A stretch of 64,000 bases of DNA from Candidatus Eiseniibacteriota bacterium (GTDB taxonomy: Bacteria > Eisenbacteria > RBG-16-71-46): positions 64,001 through 128,000 of the forward strand of contig JBBRLX010000004.1 of NCBI GenBank assembly GCA_038231135.1, given 5' to 3'. The position numbers and the translations under genes were made by a program. The number at the start of each line of letters is the position of its first letter. Position 1 is the stretch's first letter. Below are positions 10,210-21,005 of this stretch, piece after piece. The notes under the pieces are model-generated. The model had not been told where the DNA came from. It searched no databases and worked only from the letters and a program-made list of their open reading frames with translations.

Positions 10210-11576
10210 GCGCCGAGCCCTTGGCGAGCGACCGGGTGCTGTCGATCTCCGAGATCACGCGCGCGATCAAGGACACCCTGACCGAGCAATACTCCAACCT
10301 GTGGGTCAAGGGCGAGATCTCGGGACTCAAGCGCGCCGACAGCGGGCATCTGTACTTCAAGCTCAAGGAAGGCAAGCTCGCGGTGCTCGACTGCGCGATG
10401 TGGTCGCGCTGGGCGGCGACGCTGCCGTTCGAGCCGCAGGAGGGCCTCGAGGTCGAGGCGTTCGGAGACATCTCGGTGTACGAGCCGCGCGGCGCCTATC
10501 AACTCGCGGTCAAGCAGCTCAGGCCCGCCGGCCTCGGCGCCCTGCTGTTCCAGCTCGAGCAGCTCAAGCAACGGCTCGCCAAGGAGGGGCTGTTCGATGC
10601 CGAGCGCAAGCGGCCGCTGCCGCGCGTTCCCACCCGCGTGGGCGTCGTGACGTCGCCCGGGGGTGCCGCGTTCCGCGACGTGCTCAAGGTGATGCGCGCG
10701 CGCTGGCCCGGGATCACCGTGGTGCTCGCGCCGGTGCGCGTGCAGGGCCCGGGGGCGGCCGAGGAGATCGCCGCCGCGATCCGGCGGTTCGGCCGCTACG
10801 GCCAGGTCGACGTGCTGATCGTCGGCCGCGGCGGCGGCTCGATCGAGGACCTGTGGGCGTTCAACGAGGAGGTGGTGGTGCGCGCGGTCGCCGCGTCGGT
10901 CATCCCGATCATCTCCGCCGTCGGCCACGAGGTGGACTGGACGCTGTGCGATCTGGCGGCCGACGTCCGCGCCGCCACGCCGTCCAACGCCGCCGAGCTC
11001 GCGGTGCCGGACCGCGCATCGCTGGTCGATGCGCTGGAGCACCTGACGTCGCGTGGCGCCCGGGCCGTGCGCCGGCGGCTCGCGGACCACCGCCAGCGCC
11101 TCATGCACCTCACCGAGAAGTACGGGTTCGACCGCATGCAGCAGTTGTTCGAGGGCTGGCATCGCATTCTCGAAACCGGACGCGACCGGATGCGATTGGC
11201 GCTCGGTGGCCGCCTCGGCCGCTCGCGCCAGCAGCTCGGCCACCTGGCTGGCAGCTACGCGCTCGTGGAGTGGCCGCGCACCCTCGAACACCGTCGCGCC
11301 GACCTCGTCGCCGAATGCGAGGACCTCGCCGCGGCGCTGGTGCGGGGGCTGCACGAGCGCCGCCGGCAGCTCGGCGCCTGCAGCGACCAGCTGCGCGCGC
11401 TGTCGCCGCGGCTGGTGCTCGAGCGCGGCTATTGCCTCGCGCGGGGGACGGACGGTAGTGTTCTCCGGTCCGCCGAGGTGCTGGCGGCGGGAGATCGGGT
11501 GACGCTCGAATTCGCGCGCGGCGAAGCCGACGCCCTGGTCGAGGCGGTACGCCCCGGAGGCAGCCATGGCGGGTAG
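10206..11576 (+). CDS. xseA: Exodeoxyribonuclease VII large subunit
   Basis: WVKGEIS, SGHLYFKLK, RGGGSIEDLWAFNEE, SAVGHEVD, ATPSNAAE. Confidence 0.97.
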   Translation: MSAEPLASDRVLSISEITRAIKDTLTEQYSNLWVKGEISGLKRADSGHLYFKLKEGKLAVLDCAMWSRWAATLPFEPQEGLEVEAFGDISVYEPRGAYQLAVKQLRPAGLGALLFQLEQLKQRLAKEGLFDAERKRPLPRVPTRVGVVTSPGGAAFRDVLKVMRARWPGITVVLAPVRVQGPGAAEEIAAAIRRFGRYGQVDVLIVGRGGGSIEDLWAFNEEVVVRAVAASVIPIISAVGHEVDWTLCDLAADVRAATPSNAAELAVPDRASLVDALEHLTSRGARAVRRRLADHRQRLMHLTEKYGFDRMQQLFEGWHRILETGRDRMRLALGGRLGRSRQQLGHLAGSYALVEWPRTLEHRRADLVAECEDLAAALVRGLHERRRQLGACSDQLRALSPRLVLERGYCLARGTDGSVLRSAEVLAAGDRVTLEFARGEADALVEAVRPGGSHGG

Positions 11577-11895
11577 CAGTCGATCCGGAACGCCGGCGGA
11601 CAACGGCGATGCCGCCCTGACGTTCGAGGCGGCGCTCGAGCGGTTGCGCTCGATCGTCGAGTCGCTCGAGCGCGGCGACCTGACGCTCGACGAATCGATC
11701 GCTCGATACGAAGAGGGCATGCGCCTGTCCCGGCGGTTGACCCAGCAGCTCGACCAGGCCGAGAAACGCATCGAGCGGCTGATGGAAGCGTCGAACGACG
11801 CCGATCCCCCCACGACCCGGCCGATGGAGGTCGAGCTCCGGGGTGGAGACGCCCCCGGCGGCGGGCCGCTCCCCGAGGGTGAGCTGCCGTTTTGA
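11566..11895 (+). CDS. xseB: Exodeoxyribonuclease VII small subunit
   Basis: TFEAALERLRSIVESLERGDLTLDESIARYEEG. Confidence 0.95.
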   Translation: MAGSSRSGTPADNGDAALTFEAALERLRSIVESLERGDLTLDESIARYEEGMRLSRRLTQQLDQAEKRIERLMEASNDADPPTTRPMEVELRGGDAPGGGPLPEGELPF

Positions 11896-12917
11896 CCGCC
11901 ACCGCAGGACGCCGCGAGTCCGCGGCCGCCAACGGCAAGGCCGCTCCCGTGCGCCGCCGCGCGTCCGCCCGACCCGCGCGCGCACAGCGCCGGTCCGCAG
12001 CCACCAACGGCAACCGTCCGCGCGCGCGCCGTGCCTTAGCCGACGCGCTCGCGCCGCTGCGTGACGCGTTCGAGCGCGCCTTCGAGCGGGCGCTGCCGGG
12101 TCCCGCGATCGTGCCGGCGCGGCTCCACGCCGCGATCCGCTACAGCGCGCTGTCGCCAGGCAAGCGGCTGCGGCCGCTGCTGGTGCTCACCGCGTGCGAG
12201 ACCGTGGGCGGCGACTGGCGGCGGGCGCTGCCGGCGGCCGTGGCCGTCGAGTGCGTGCACGCGTTCTCGCTCGTCCACGACGACCTGCCGGCGATGGACG
12301 ACGACGACTGGCGCCGCGGCCGCGCGACCACGCACCGCAAGTACGGCGAGGCGATGGGCGTGCTCGCCGGCGACGCGCTGCTGGCGTTCGCGTTCGAGGA
12401 GCTGGCGAAGCTCGCGGATCTGGGTGTGGCCGCGGACCGCGTGGTGCGCGCGGTCACGGTGCTCGCGACGGCGGCGGGCAGCCGTGAGCTCGTCGGCGGG
12501 CAGGTGCTCGATCTCGACGCCGAGGGCCGCCGCGCCACCGGCGCCGCGGTGCGCGCGATCCACAGCCGCAAGACCGGCGCGCTGATCGCCGCGTCGCTGG
12601 TGCTGGGCGGCATCGCCGGCGGCGGCGGCACCGCCGCGATCGACTCGCTCGAGCGGCTGGGCCGCGAGCTGGGGCTCGCGTTCCAGATCCACGACGACCT
12701 GCTGAACCGCGGCTCGTCGCTGGCGCGGCTCGGCAAGCGCGCGGGCACCGACGACGCGCGCGGCAAGGCGACCTACCCGCGCGCGGTGGGCGAGGAGCGG
12801 GCGCGGCTCGAGGCGGCGCGGCTGTTCCGCGCGGCGCTGGTCCGCGTAACGGGCTACGGTCCCCGGGGCAAGCGGCTCGCCGAGCTGGCGCTGGGCGTCG
12901 CCGAGCGGGATCACTGA
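11892..12917 (+). CDS. ispA: Polyprenyl (farnesyl/geranylgeranyl) diphosphate synthase
   Basis: GKRLRP, HDDLPAMDDDDWRRG, GQVLD, KTGALI, FQIHDD; start position uncertain. Confidence 0.92.
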   Translation: MTATAGRRESAAANGKAAPVRRRASARPARAQRRSAATNGNRPRARRALADALAPLRDAFERAFERALPGPAIVPARLHAAIRYSALSPGKRLRPLLVLTACETVGGDWRRALPAAVAVECVHAFSLVHDDLPAMDDDDWRRGRATTHRKYGEAMGVLAGDALLAFAFEELAKLADLGVAADRVVRAVTVLATAAGSRELVGGQVLDLDAEGRRATGAAVRAIHSRKTGALIAASLVLGGIAGGGGTAAIDSLERLGRELGLAFQIHDDLLNRGSSLARLGKRAGTDDARGKATYPRAVGEERARLEAARLFRAALVRVTGYGPRGKRLAELALGVAERDH

Positions 12918-12918
12918 C

Positions 12919-13377
12919 ATGACCCACGACCTGACCCACGGCCCCGTGCCCAATGTGGCGTTCTGGCTCGCGCTCGGCATCGGGTTCCTGGTGCAGGGTT
13001 TCAAGGGCTTCTGGGTGTACTTCGAGACCAGGCGCTGGAACCTGAGACGGTTCGTCGAGACCGGCGGCATGCCCAGCTCGCACGCAGCGTCGGTCGCGGC
13101 GCTGTCCACCTCGATCGGCATCCAGGATGGCTTCCGCTCGCCGCTGTTCGCCGCCACCCTGTATTTCAGTTTGGTCGTCATGTACGATGCTGCCGGATTG
13201 AGGCGTGCCGCCGGACGCCAGGCGATGGTGCTCAACCGGCTGATCGAAGAGCACTTCTCCCATCCCGAGGAAGGCGCTCAAAAGTTGATGGAGCTCCTGG
13301 GACACACGCCGTTCGAGGTGCTGGTCGGGGCCCTGCTCGGCATGGTCGCAGCCATTCTCTGGCATTGGATCTTCTGA
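12919..13377 (+). CDS. Divergent PAP2 family membrane protein (DUF212)
   Basis: TGGMPSSHAA, VMYDAAGLRRAAGRQA, ELLGHTPFEV. Confidence 0.92.
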   Translation: MTHDLTHGPVPNVAFWLALGIGFLVQGFKGFWVYFETRRWNLRRFVETGGMPSSHAASVAALSTSIGIQDGFRSPLFAATLYFSLVVMYDAAGLRRAAGRQAMVLNRLIEEHFSHPEEGAQKLMELLGHTPFEVLVGALLGMVAAILWHWIF

Positions 13378-13381
13378 ACTC

Positions 13382-15268
13382 ATGAGCCTGCTCGAACGCA
13401 TCCAGTCGCCCGCCGACGTGAAGGCGCTGTCCCGGCCCGAGCTCGACCAGCTCGTCACCGAGATGCGCCACGTGATCGTCCAGACCGTGGCCCGGCGCGC
13501 CGGCCACCTCGCGCCCAACCTCGGGGTGATCGAGCTGACGATCGCGCTGCATCGCGTGTTCGATTCGCCGGACGACAAGATCCTGTGGGACGTGGGTCAC
13601 CAGAGCTATCCCCACAAGCTGCTCACCGGGCGCGTCGACCGGTTCGACACGCTGCGCACGCAGGGCGGCCTCGCCGGTTATCCCAACCGCGACGAGAGCG
13701 AGCACGACCCGTTCGGCACCTGCCACGGCAGCACGTCGATCTCGGCCGCGCTGGGACTCGCGGTCGCGCGCGATCTCCTGGGGCAGAAGCACCACGTGAT
13801 CGCGGTGATCGGCGACGGCGCGCTCACCGGGGGCATGGCGTTCGAGGGGTTGAACAACGTCGGCGAGCTGGGCAAGCGGCTGATCGTGATCCTCAACGAC
13901 AACGAGATGAGCATCTCGCCCAACATCGGCGCGATCCACCGCTACCTGACCAAGCTCACCACCAGCCGCATCTACCGGCGGTTCGAGCACGACGTGTACG
14001 AGCTGCTGGGCAAGCTGCCGCGGGCGTTCCGCGCGCGCGAGGGCGCCCGGCGCGTGAAAGAGGGCCTGCAGAACCTGGTCGTGCCCGGCATCCTGTTCGA
14101 GGAGTTCGGCCTCAAGTACTTCGGCCCGATCGACGGCCACGATCTCGACGTGCTCGAAGAAACGCTGTCGGACCTCAAGCGCTTCGAGGGCCCCACGCTA
14201 TTGCACGTCGTGACCCGCAAGGGCAAGGGCTACGCGCCCGCCGAGGGTGACGCCACGATGTTCCATGGCATCGGGGTGTTCGACGCCGACACCGGGATCG
14301 CCTCCAAGAGCTCGAGCCGCACCTACACCCAGGTGTTTGGCGAGACCGCCATGGAGATCGCCAGCCAGATCCCCGAGGTCGTGGCCGTGACCGCGGCGAT
14401 GACCGACAACACCGGCTTGAAGCCGTTCGCGAACAAGTATCCCGACCGGTTCTTCGACGTGGGCATGGCCGAGGAGCACGCCGTCACCTACTCGGCCGGC
14501 CTCGCCGCCGGCGGGCTCCAGCCGATCACCGCGATCTACTCCACGTTCCTGCAGCGCTCGTTCGACCAGATCATCCACGACGTCGCGGTGCAGAACCTCC
14601 GCATCCTGCTGGCCGTCGACCGCGCGGGCCTGGTGGGCGAGGACGGCGCGCCGCAGCACGGCGCGTTCGACATCGGCTACCTGCGCATGATCCCGGGCGT
14701 GGTGGTGATGGCGCCCAGGGACGGCGCCGAGCTGCGCGACATGCTGTGGACCGGCATCCGCAAGGGTGGTGCTATGGCCGTGCGATTCCCGCGCGCGGCG
14801 ATCCCCGACGCCGACGCGCCCAAGCGCGAGCCGCGCATCCTCGAGATCGGCAAGTCCGAGCAGCTGCGCGCCGGCGGCGACGTGGCGATCTTCGCGTTCG
14901 GCACCATGGTGGTGCCCGCGATGCAGGCCGCCGAGCTGCTCGAGGCCGACGGCATCAAGGCGACGGTCGTGAACGCGCGGTTCGCGGCGCCCGTCGACGA
15001 GGCCGCGATCGTGGGCCTCGCCAGGTCGGTGGGCCGCATCGTCACGGTCGAGGAGAACGTGCCGATGGGCGGCTTCGGCAGCGCCGTCAGCGAGTGCCTC
15101 GACCGCGCCGGGCTGTCGCACACGCCGCTCCACCGCATCGCGCTGCCCGAGACGTTCGTGACCCACGGCAAGCGCGACGAGCTGCTCCGGCAGGTCGGCC
15201 TCGACGCCTCGGGCATCGCGCGCCGCGTGCTCGACTGGGTCCAGGTCACTCAGCGCCAGTACACATGA
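13382..15268 (+). CDS. dxs: 1-deoxy-D-xylulose-5-phosphate synthase
   Basis: GHLAPNLG, WDVGHQSYPHK, GDGALTGG, NDNEMSIS, YSTFLQR, DRAGLVGEDG. Confidence 0.98.
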   Translation: MSLLERIQSPADVKALSRPELDQLVTEMRHVIVQTVARRAGHLAPNLGVIELTIALHRVFDSPDDKILWDVGHQSYPHKLLTGRVDRFDTLRTQGGLAGYPNRDESEHDPFGTCHGSTSISAALGLAVARDLLGQKHHVIAVIGDGALTGGMAFEGLNNVGELGKRLIVILNDNEMSISPNIGAIHRYLTKLTTSRIYRRFEHDVYELLGKLPRAFRAREGARRVKEGLQNLVVPGILFEEFGLKYFGPIDGHDLDVLEETLSDLKRFEGPTLLHVVTRKGKGYAPAEGDATMFHGIGVFDADTGIASKSSSRTYTQVFGETAMEIASQIPEVVAVTAAMTDNTGLKPFANKYPDRFFDVGMAEEHAVTYSAGLAAGGLQPITAIYSTFLQRSFDQIIHDVAVQNLRILLAVDRAGLVGEDGAPQHGAFDIGYLRMIPGVVVMAPRDGAELRDMLWTGIRKGGAMAVRFPRAAIPDADAPKREPRILEIGKSEQLRAGGDVAIFAFGTMVVPAMQAAELLEADGIKATVVNARFAAPVDEAAIVGLARSVGRIVTVEENVPMGGFGSAVSECLDRAGLSHTPLHRIALPETFVTHGKRDELLRQVGLDASGIARRVLDWVQVTQRQYT

Positions 15269-16143
15269 CCGCCCGCGCGAAGCGCGTCGGCATCCTGGGC
15301 CACACCGGGAGGCCCGGCGTGACTCGGGCGGCCGCGCGCCTCGCCACCCTGCTGCGCCGCCGCGGCGCCCAGGTGCGCTACGACGCCCGGCTGGGCGGCG
15401 AGGCCGGCGCCGACAGCATGCCGCTCGACGCGCTCGCCGCGTGGTGCGACCTGCTGGTGACGCTGGGCGGCGACGGCACCGTGCTGATCGGCGGCCGCGC
15501 GCTCGCCGGCAAGCGGGGGACGCTGCTGCCGATCAATCTCGGCGGCCTCGGGTTCCTCACCGTCGCCGAGAGCGACGAGATCGCCGTGGCGCTCAAGCAC
15601 GCGCTCGACGGCACGTGGCCCGTGGTGCCGCGCCGCATGGTGAGCGCGCTGGTGCGCCGCCGCAGCCGCACCGTGGCGCGCGGCGTCGCGATGAACGACG
15701 CCGTGATCAAGGGCGCGGGAGGGTACGCCGCGATCCATCTGCGGCTCGCGACGCTCGGCAGCGACCTCGGCCACCTGGTGGCCGACGGCCTGATCGCCGC
15801 GACCGCCGCCGGCTCGACCGCGTATTCGCTGTCGGCAGGCGGCCCGCTGCTCGCGCCCGACGTGGACGCGATGGTGGTGACGCCGGTGTGCGCGCACTCG
15901 CTCGGCAGCCGGGCGCTGGTGCTGGCGCCGGGCTCGGAGCTCGAGGTGCAGGTGATCGGCTCGTTCGACCGCACCGTGCTGCTGTTCGACGGCCAGGAGA
16001 GCGTGGACCTGTCGCCGGGCGACAACGTGTCGATCCGGCTCGACCGCACGTCGGTCAAGATTTTCCAGAATCCCAAGCGCCCGTTCGGCATGTCGCTGCA
16101 GAACAAGCTCGGCTGGCAGGGGAGCAAGAAGCGGAGCATGTAG
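15265..16143 (+). CDS. nadK: NAD kinase
   Basis: LGGDGT, NLGGLGFL, MND, DGLIAATAAGSTAYSLSAGGP; ATG overlaps the dxs stop. Confidence 0.95.
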   Translation: MTARAKRVGILGHTGRPGVTRAAARLATLLRRRGAQVRYDARLGGEAGADSMPLDALAAWCDLLVTLGGDGTVLIGGRALAGKRGTLLPINLGGLGFLTVAESDEIAVALKHALDGTWPVVPRRMVSALVRRRSRTVARGVAMNDAVIKGAGGYAAIHLRLATLGSDLGHLVADGLIAATAAGSTAYSLSAGGPLLAPDVDAMVVTPVCAHSLGSRALVLAPGSELEVQVIGSFDRTVLLFDGQESVDLSPGDNVSIRLDRTSVKIFQNPKRPFGMSLQNKLGWQGSKKRSM

Positions 16144-16287
16144 CCGGAGGCCATTCAGGCGGGTGGGGTCGTCCCGGCGGCCGCGTGCTGCTCCAGCGTC
16201 ATCAGCGCGATCAGCGCATGATCGGCAATGCCCGGCGCATGGACCGCCGGCACCTGCGGGAGCGGCGACGGCCCGCGGGATTCGCTC

Positions 16288-16798
16288 TCACTCGCAGGTG
16301 ATGTGGACCTGCGCCTTGCCTCCGCGTCCCGAGACGACGTCGATGTTCATCTCCCCGAACTCGCCCACCAGTTGGTCGATCGTGTCGGCGTCGATCCTGG
16401 AGAGATCCACGTCCACGCCACGCTCGCGCAGACGTCCTTGCAGGCCCGCTCCGGTGAGGCCGGGAATCATGGCCCCCGAGACGCATGCCGTTGCGGACCA
16501 GCGCGACCGGCACGCGAATCGTGACCTCACGGCTGCGGCCGCCCGTGTAGCTGGGCCACATCCAGGCCCGGCGCGAATGCTCCCCGTCGTCGCCGGGCCA
16601 GCTGCGGGTCTTGGTGATGGTGATGGGCAGGAACTTGGGGGACGGAGCTTCGACGGTCGCGGCTCCCTTCCCCGCGGCCCCGGTGGCTGCAGCGCCGGTG
16701 GACTCAGGCCCGATCGCCGCCAACAACCGGTCGGCTTCGTTCACCGTAATCTTGCCCTGTGCCAGCAGGTCCAGCACACGGCGGATCTCGTCGCTCAT
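16288..16798 (-). pseudogene. Frameshifted YvlB/SHOCT-like protein (DUF2089 partner)
   Basis: MSDEIRRVLDLLAQGKITVNEADRLLAA...VTIRVPVALVRNGMRLG continues in another frame as AMIPG...VHITCE; extra base in the C5 run at 16473-16477. Confidence 0.7.
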
Positions 16799-17055
16799 GA
16801 CGACTCCTTCGGGCGCATCTGGTTGAGAACTTCCTCCACGCTCAGCTCGCCGCGCTCGAGGCGGGTGAGCAACTCGCTCGTGGACGGGGGCGCCGGCTCA
16901 GTCTCCAGCGCGATTTCGACGAACGGCAGCAACGCGCCGATGCGATTCAGGCGGTTCTTGATGGTTGGATAGCTCACGCCGAACAGCTGCTCCATCTGCT
17001 TGATGGATCCGTGGCATCTCACGAAGGCAACACACAGCCTCGACATTGGCAACAC
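16795..17055 (-). pseudogene. 5'-truncated DUF2089-family HTH protein
   Basis: AFVRCHGSIKQMEQLFGVSYPTIKNRLNRI is the family core; the usual N-terminal part is absent. Confidence 0.7.
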
Positions 17056-17195
17056 CTTGGGCAGTCCGGAGATACAGCGCAGGCCGGGATCCGGACCATC
17101 ACCCGGCTCCGGGCCTCCCGATGGCCTTCCCCCGTCGCCCCGTCTAGACTCCCGTCACCATTGCCCTCGCTTCACGCTCCCGGCCGGGGTCTTCC

Positions 17196-18896
17196 GTGCT
17201 CGAACGACTGACACTGCGTGATCTGGTCCTGATCGAACGCGCCGACATCGAATTCGGCCCCGGCTTGAACGTGGTCACCGGCGAGACCGGCGCGGGCAAG
17301 TCGCTGCTGGTGCTGGCGGTGAATCTGCTGATCGGCGAGCGCGCGGACGCCGACATCGTGCGCGAGGGCGCGAAGGCTGCGATCGCCGAGGGCGAGTTCC
17401 GGGTGAGCGCGGCGCGCGTCGCCGGCGTGCGTGCGCTGCTCGACGAATGGGGCACCGAGTTCGACGGCGACACGCTGATCGTGCGCCGTGAGGTCACGGC
17501 CGCGGGCCGCAGCCGGGCGGTGGTCAACGATCGCGTGGTCACACTCGCAGCACTGCGCCGGCTGGGCGAGCTGCTGGTGGATCTCCACGGCCAGCACGAG
17601 CACCAGAGCCTGCTGCGCGCCGACGCCGGGCTCGAGACGCTCGACGGGCTGGGCGGCCTCAGCGAACCCCGCGCTCGCTACGTCGAGGCGCTGGCCGAGC
17701 TGCGTGCGGCCGAGATCGATCTCGACCGTCTCGAGGAGTCGCTACGCACGTGGGAGGACCGCCGCGGCTGGATGATGGACGCTGCGGCCGAGCTCGACGC
17801 CGCGCAGCTCGTCGACGGCGAGGACGAGCGGCTGCGTGACGACGCGGCGCGGCTCGCGCACGCGGACCGGCTGCGCGAGCGCGTCACGCATGCGCTGGCG
17901 AAGCTATCGGACGCGGACGACGCGGCCGTGCCGTCGATGACGGCTGCGGCCCACGCGCTCGAGCAGGCGGCGGCGATCGACTCGAGCCTCGCGAACGTGC
18001 TCGCGCCGCTGGAAGAGGCGCGCATCGCCGCCGGCGAGGCGGCGCGTGCGCTCGCGGAGTACCTCGACGCGCTGGAGGCCGATCCCGCGGCGCTCGAGCA
18101 GATCGAGGCCCGCCGCGAGCTGCTGGCGCGGCTGGCGCGCAAGCATCGCCGCCCGGTGGCCGGGCTGATCGCGTGGCGCGAGGAGCTGGCGGACGAACTG
18201 ACGCTGGGGGAGAGCGGCTCCGAGGCGCTCGACGCGGCGCGGGCGCGCGTCACGGCGGCGCGCTCCGCCACGCGCGCGGCCGGTCGCGCGCTGACGCGGG
18301 CACGGCAGGCGGCGGCACGCGAATTCGGCACGCGGATCACGCGCGAGCTGCGGCCGCTGGGGTTCCAGCACGCGAAGCTGGAGTTCGCGGTCGAGTCGTC
18401 GGGCGGCGCCGAGTCCGAGTTCCTGGCTCACGGGCTCGACCGGGTCGAGATCCTGTTCGCCGCCAACCCCGGAGAACCCGCGCGGCCATTACGGAAGATC
18501 GCGTCCGGCGGCGAGCTGTCGAGGGTCATGCTCGCCTTGAAGTCAGCGCTGCAAACCCAAGACTGCGTTGACGTTCTGCTGTTCGATGAAGTAGATTCCG
18601 GGATCGGCGGCGCCGTCGCACAGGCCGTCGGCGAGCGGCTCCAGGGGCTCGCACGACACCGGCATGTGCTGTGTGTGACCCACCTGCCGATGATCGCGGC
18701 CCTTGCCGCCCGACACCTGCGCATCCGCAAGCACGTCGTCCATCAGCGCACGCTCGCCACGGTCGAGACGCTCGACGGCGACGATCGCATCGAGGAGATC
18801 GCACGCATGCTCGCAGGCAGCCGCACCACCGACACCACGCGCCGCCAGGCGCGCGAGTTGCTCGACGAAGCGCCGGAGCAGGGAGCCGCGCGGTGA
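17196..18896 (+). CDS. recN: DNA repair protein RecN
   Basis: TGETGAGKS, DLHGQHEHQSLL, ASGGELSRVMLALK, FDEVDSGIGG, VTHLP. Confidence 0.98.
   Translation: MLERLTLRDLVLIERADIEFGPGLNVVTGETGAGKSLLVLAVNLLIGERADADIVREGAKAAIAEGEFRVSAARVAGVRALLDEWGTEFDGDTLIVRREVTAAGRSRAVVNDRVVTLAALRRLGELLVDLHGQHEHQSLLRADAGLETLDGLGGLSEPRARYVEALAELRAAEIDLDRLEESLRTWEDRRGWMMDAAAELDAAQLVDGEDERLRDDAARLAHADRLRERVTHALAKLSDADDAAVPSMTAAAHALEQAAAIDSSLANVLAPLEEARIAAGEAARALAEYLDALEADPAALEQIEARRELLARLARKHRRPVAGLIAWREELADELTLGESGSEALDAARARVTAARSATRAAGRALTRARQAAAREFGTRITRELRPLGFQHAKLEFAVESSGGAESEFLAHGLDRVEILFAANPGEPARPLRKIASGGELSRVMLALKSALQTQDCVDVLLFDEVDSGIGGAVAQAVGERLQGLARHRHVLCVTHLPMIAALAARHLRIRKHVVHQRTLATVETLDGDDRIEEIARMLAGSRTTDTTRRQARELLDEAPEQGAAR
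18568..18597 (+). promoter_or_regulatory. Candidate internal sigma70 promoter in recN, driving the trp genes
   Basis: TTGACG, 18 nt, TAGATT in a patch of atypical A/T-ending codons. Confidence 0.4.
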
Positions 18897-18948
18897 TCGC
18901 GCGCGCGGGCGTCGGCGAACCGGCGCACGTGCCGGCCGCGGGTGTGCG

Positions 18949-20414
18949 ATGACGATCGTACCGACGCGCTCCGAGTTCCAGGCGCTGGCGAAGGGCGGCA
19001 AGCTCGTGCCCGTCTATCGCGAGGTGTTCGCCGACCACGACACGCCGGTGTCGGCGTTCCGCAAGATCGACGACGGCGGCTTCGGGTTCCTGCTCGAGAG
19101 CGTCGAGGGCGGCGAGAAGTGGGGCCGCTATTCGCTGCTCGGCAGCCGGCCGTCGCTGGTGTTCACGGCGCGCGGTGAGCGCTGCGAGATCAAGGACGCG
19201 AACGGCGTGACCCCGGGCACCCAGCCGCCGCTCGAAGAGCTGGCGCGGCTGCTCGCCGAGCATCAGGCGGTGGCGCTGCCCGGCCTGCCGCGATTCTGCG
19301 GCGGCGCGGTGGGATTCTTCGGCTACGACGCGGTGCGCTGGATCGAGCGGCTGCCGTCGCACGCCGGCGCCGACCTGGGGCTGCCCGACGCGGTGTTCAT
19401 GTTCGGCGACGTGGTGAGCGTGTTCGACAACCTCACCCACACCCTCAAGGTCGTCACGCACGCGCGCGGCGGCAAGGACCCCGACGCCGCGTACGATGCC
19501 GCGGTCGCGCGGCTCGAGGCCGAGGTCGCGCGGCTGCAGGCGCCGCTGGCGTGGACGCGCTCCCCGGCGGGCACCCCGCAGGCCGAGCCCGCGTCGTCGT
19601 CGTCGCACGACGACTATTGTTCCGCGGTCGAGCGCGCCAAGGAGCACATCCGCGCCGGCGACATCTTCCAGGTGGTGCTCAGCCATCGCATGAGCGCGCG
19701 CGTCACGCATCCCGCCTTCGAGGCGTATCGCGCGCTGCGGGTCACGAACCCGTCGCCCTATATGTACTTCCTGCGCCTCGACGGGTTCTCGCTGGTCGGC
19801 AGCTCGCCCGAGGTGCTGGTGCGGCGCACCGACGGCGTGGTCGAGGTGCGCCCGATCGCCGGCACGCGGCCGCGCGGGCGCAACACCGACGAGGATCGCG
19901 AGTTCGAGGACGAGCTGCTGGCGAGCGAAAAGGAGCGTGCCGAGCACGTGATGCTGGTCGACCTCGGTCGCAACGACGTCGGTCGCGTGGCGGAGTTCGG
20001 CACCGTCGAAACCAACGAGTACATGTCGGTCGAGCGCTACTCCCAGGTGATGCACCTCGTGTCGAACGTCCGCGGCCGCGGCAGGCCCGACCTGTCGGCG
20101 CTCGACGTGGTCCGGGCGTGCTTCCCCGCCGGGACCGTGTCGGGCGCCCCCAAGGTGCGGGCGATGGAAATCATCGACGCGCTGGAGCCGGTGCGGCGCG
20201 GGGTCTATGCCGGCGCGGTGGGGCACTTCGACTATCATGGCAACCTCGACCTGTGCATCGCGATCCGCACCCTGGTCTACGCGGACGGGCATGCGCACTG
20301 GGGGGTGGGAGCCGGCATCGTGGCCGACTCCGAGCCCGAACGGGAGTGGGAGGAGACGCTCAACAAGGGGCGTGCGCTGTGGCTCGCCGTCCAGCGGGCC
20401 GAGCGGGGGACCGA

Positions 20415-20418
<4 letters not shown>
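18949..20418 (+). CDS. trpE: Anthranilate synthase component I
   Basis: [60 protein letters not shown]. Confidence 0.97.

Positions 20419-21001
<583 letters not shown>

Positions 21002-21005
<4 letters not shown>

Noticed and set aside
16154..16265. Minus-strand peptide VPAVHAPGIADHALIALMTL, resembling a 2-hydroxyacid dehydrogenase fragment
   Set aside because: Too short, with no start or context; the resemblance may be coincidental.
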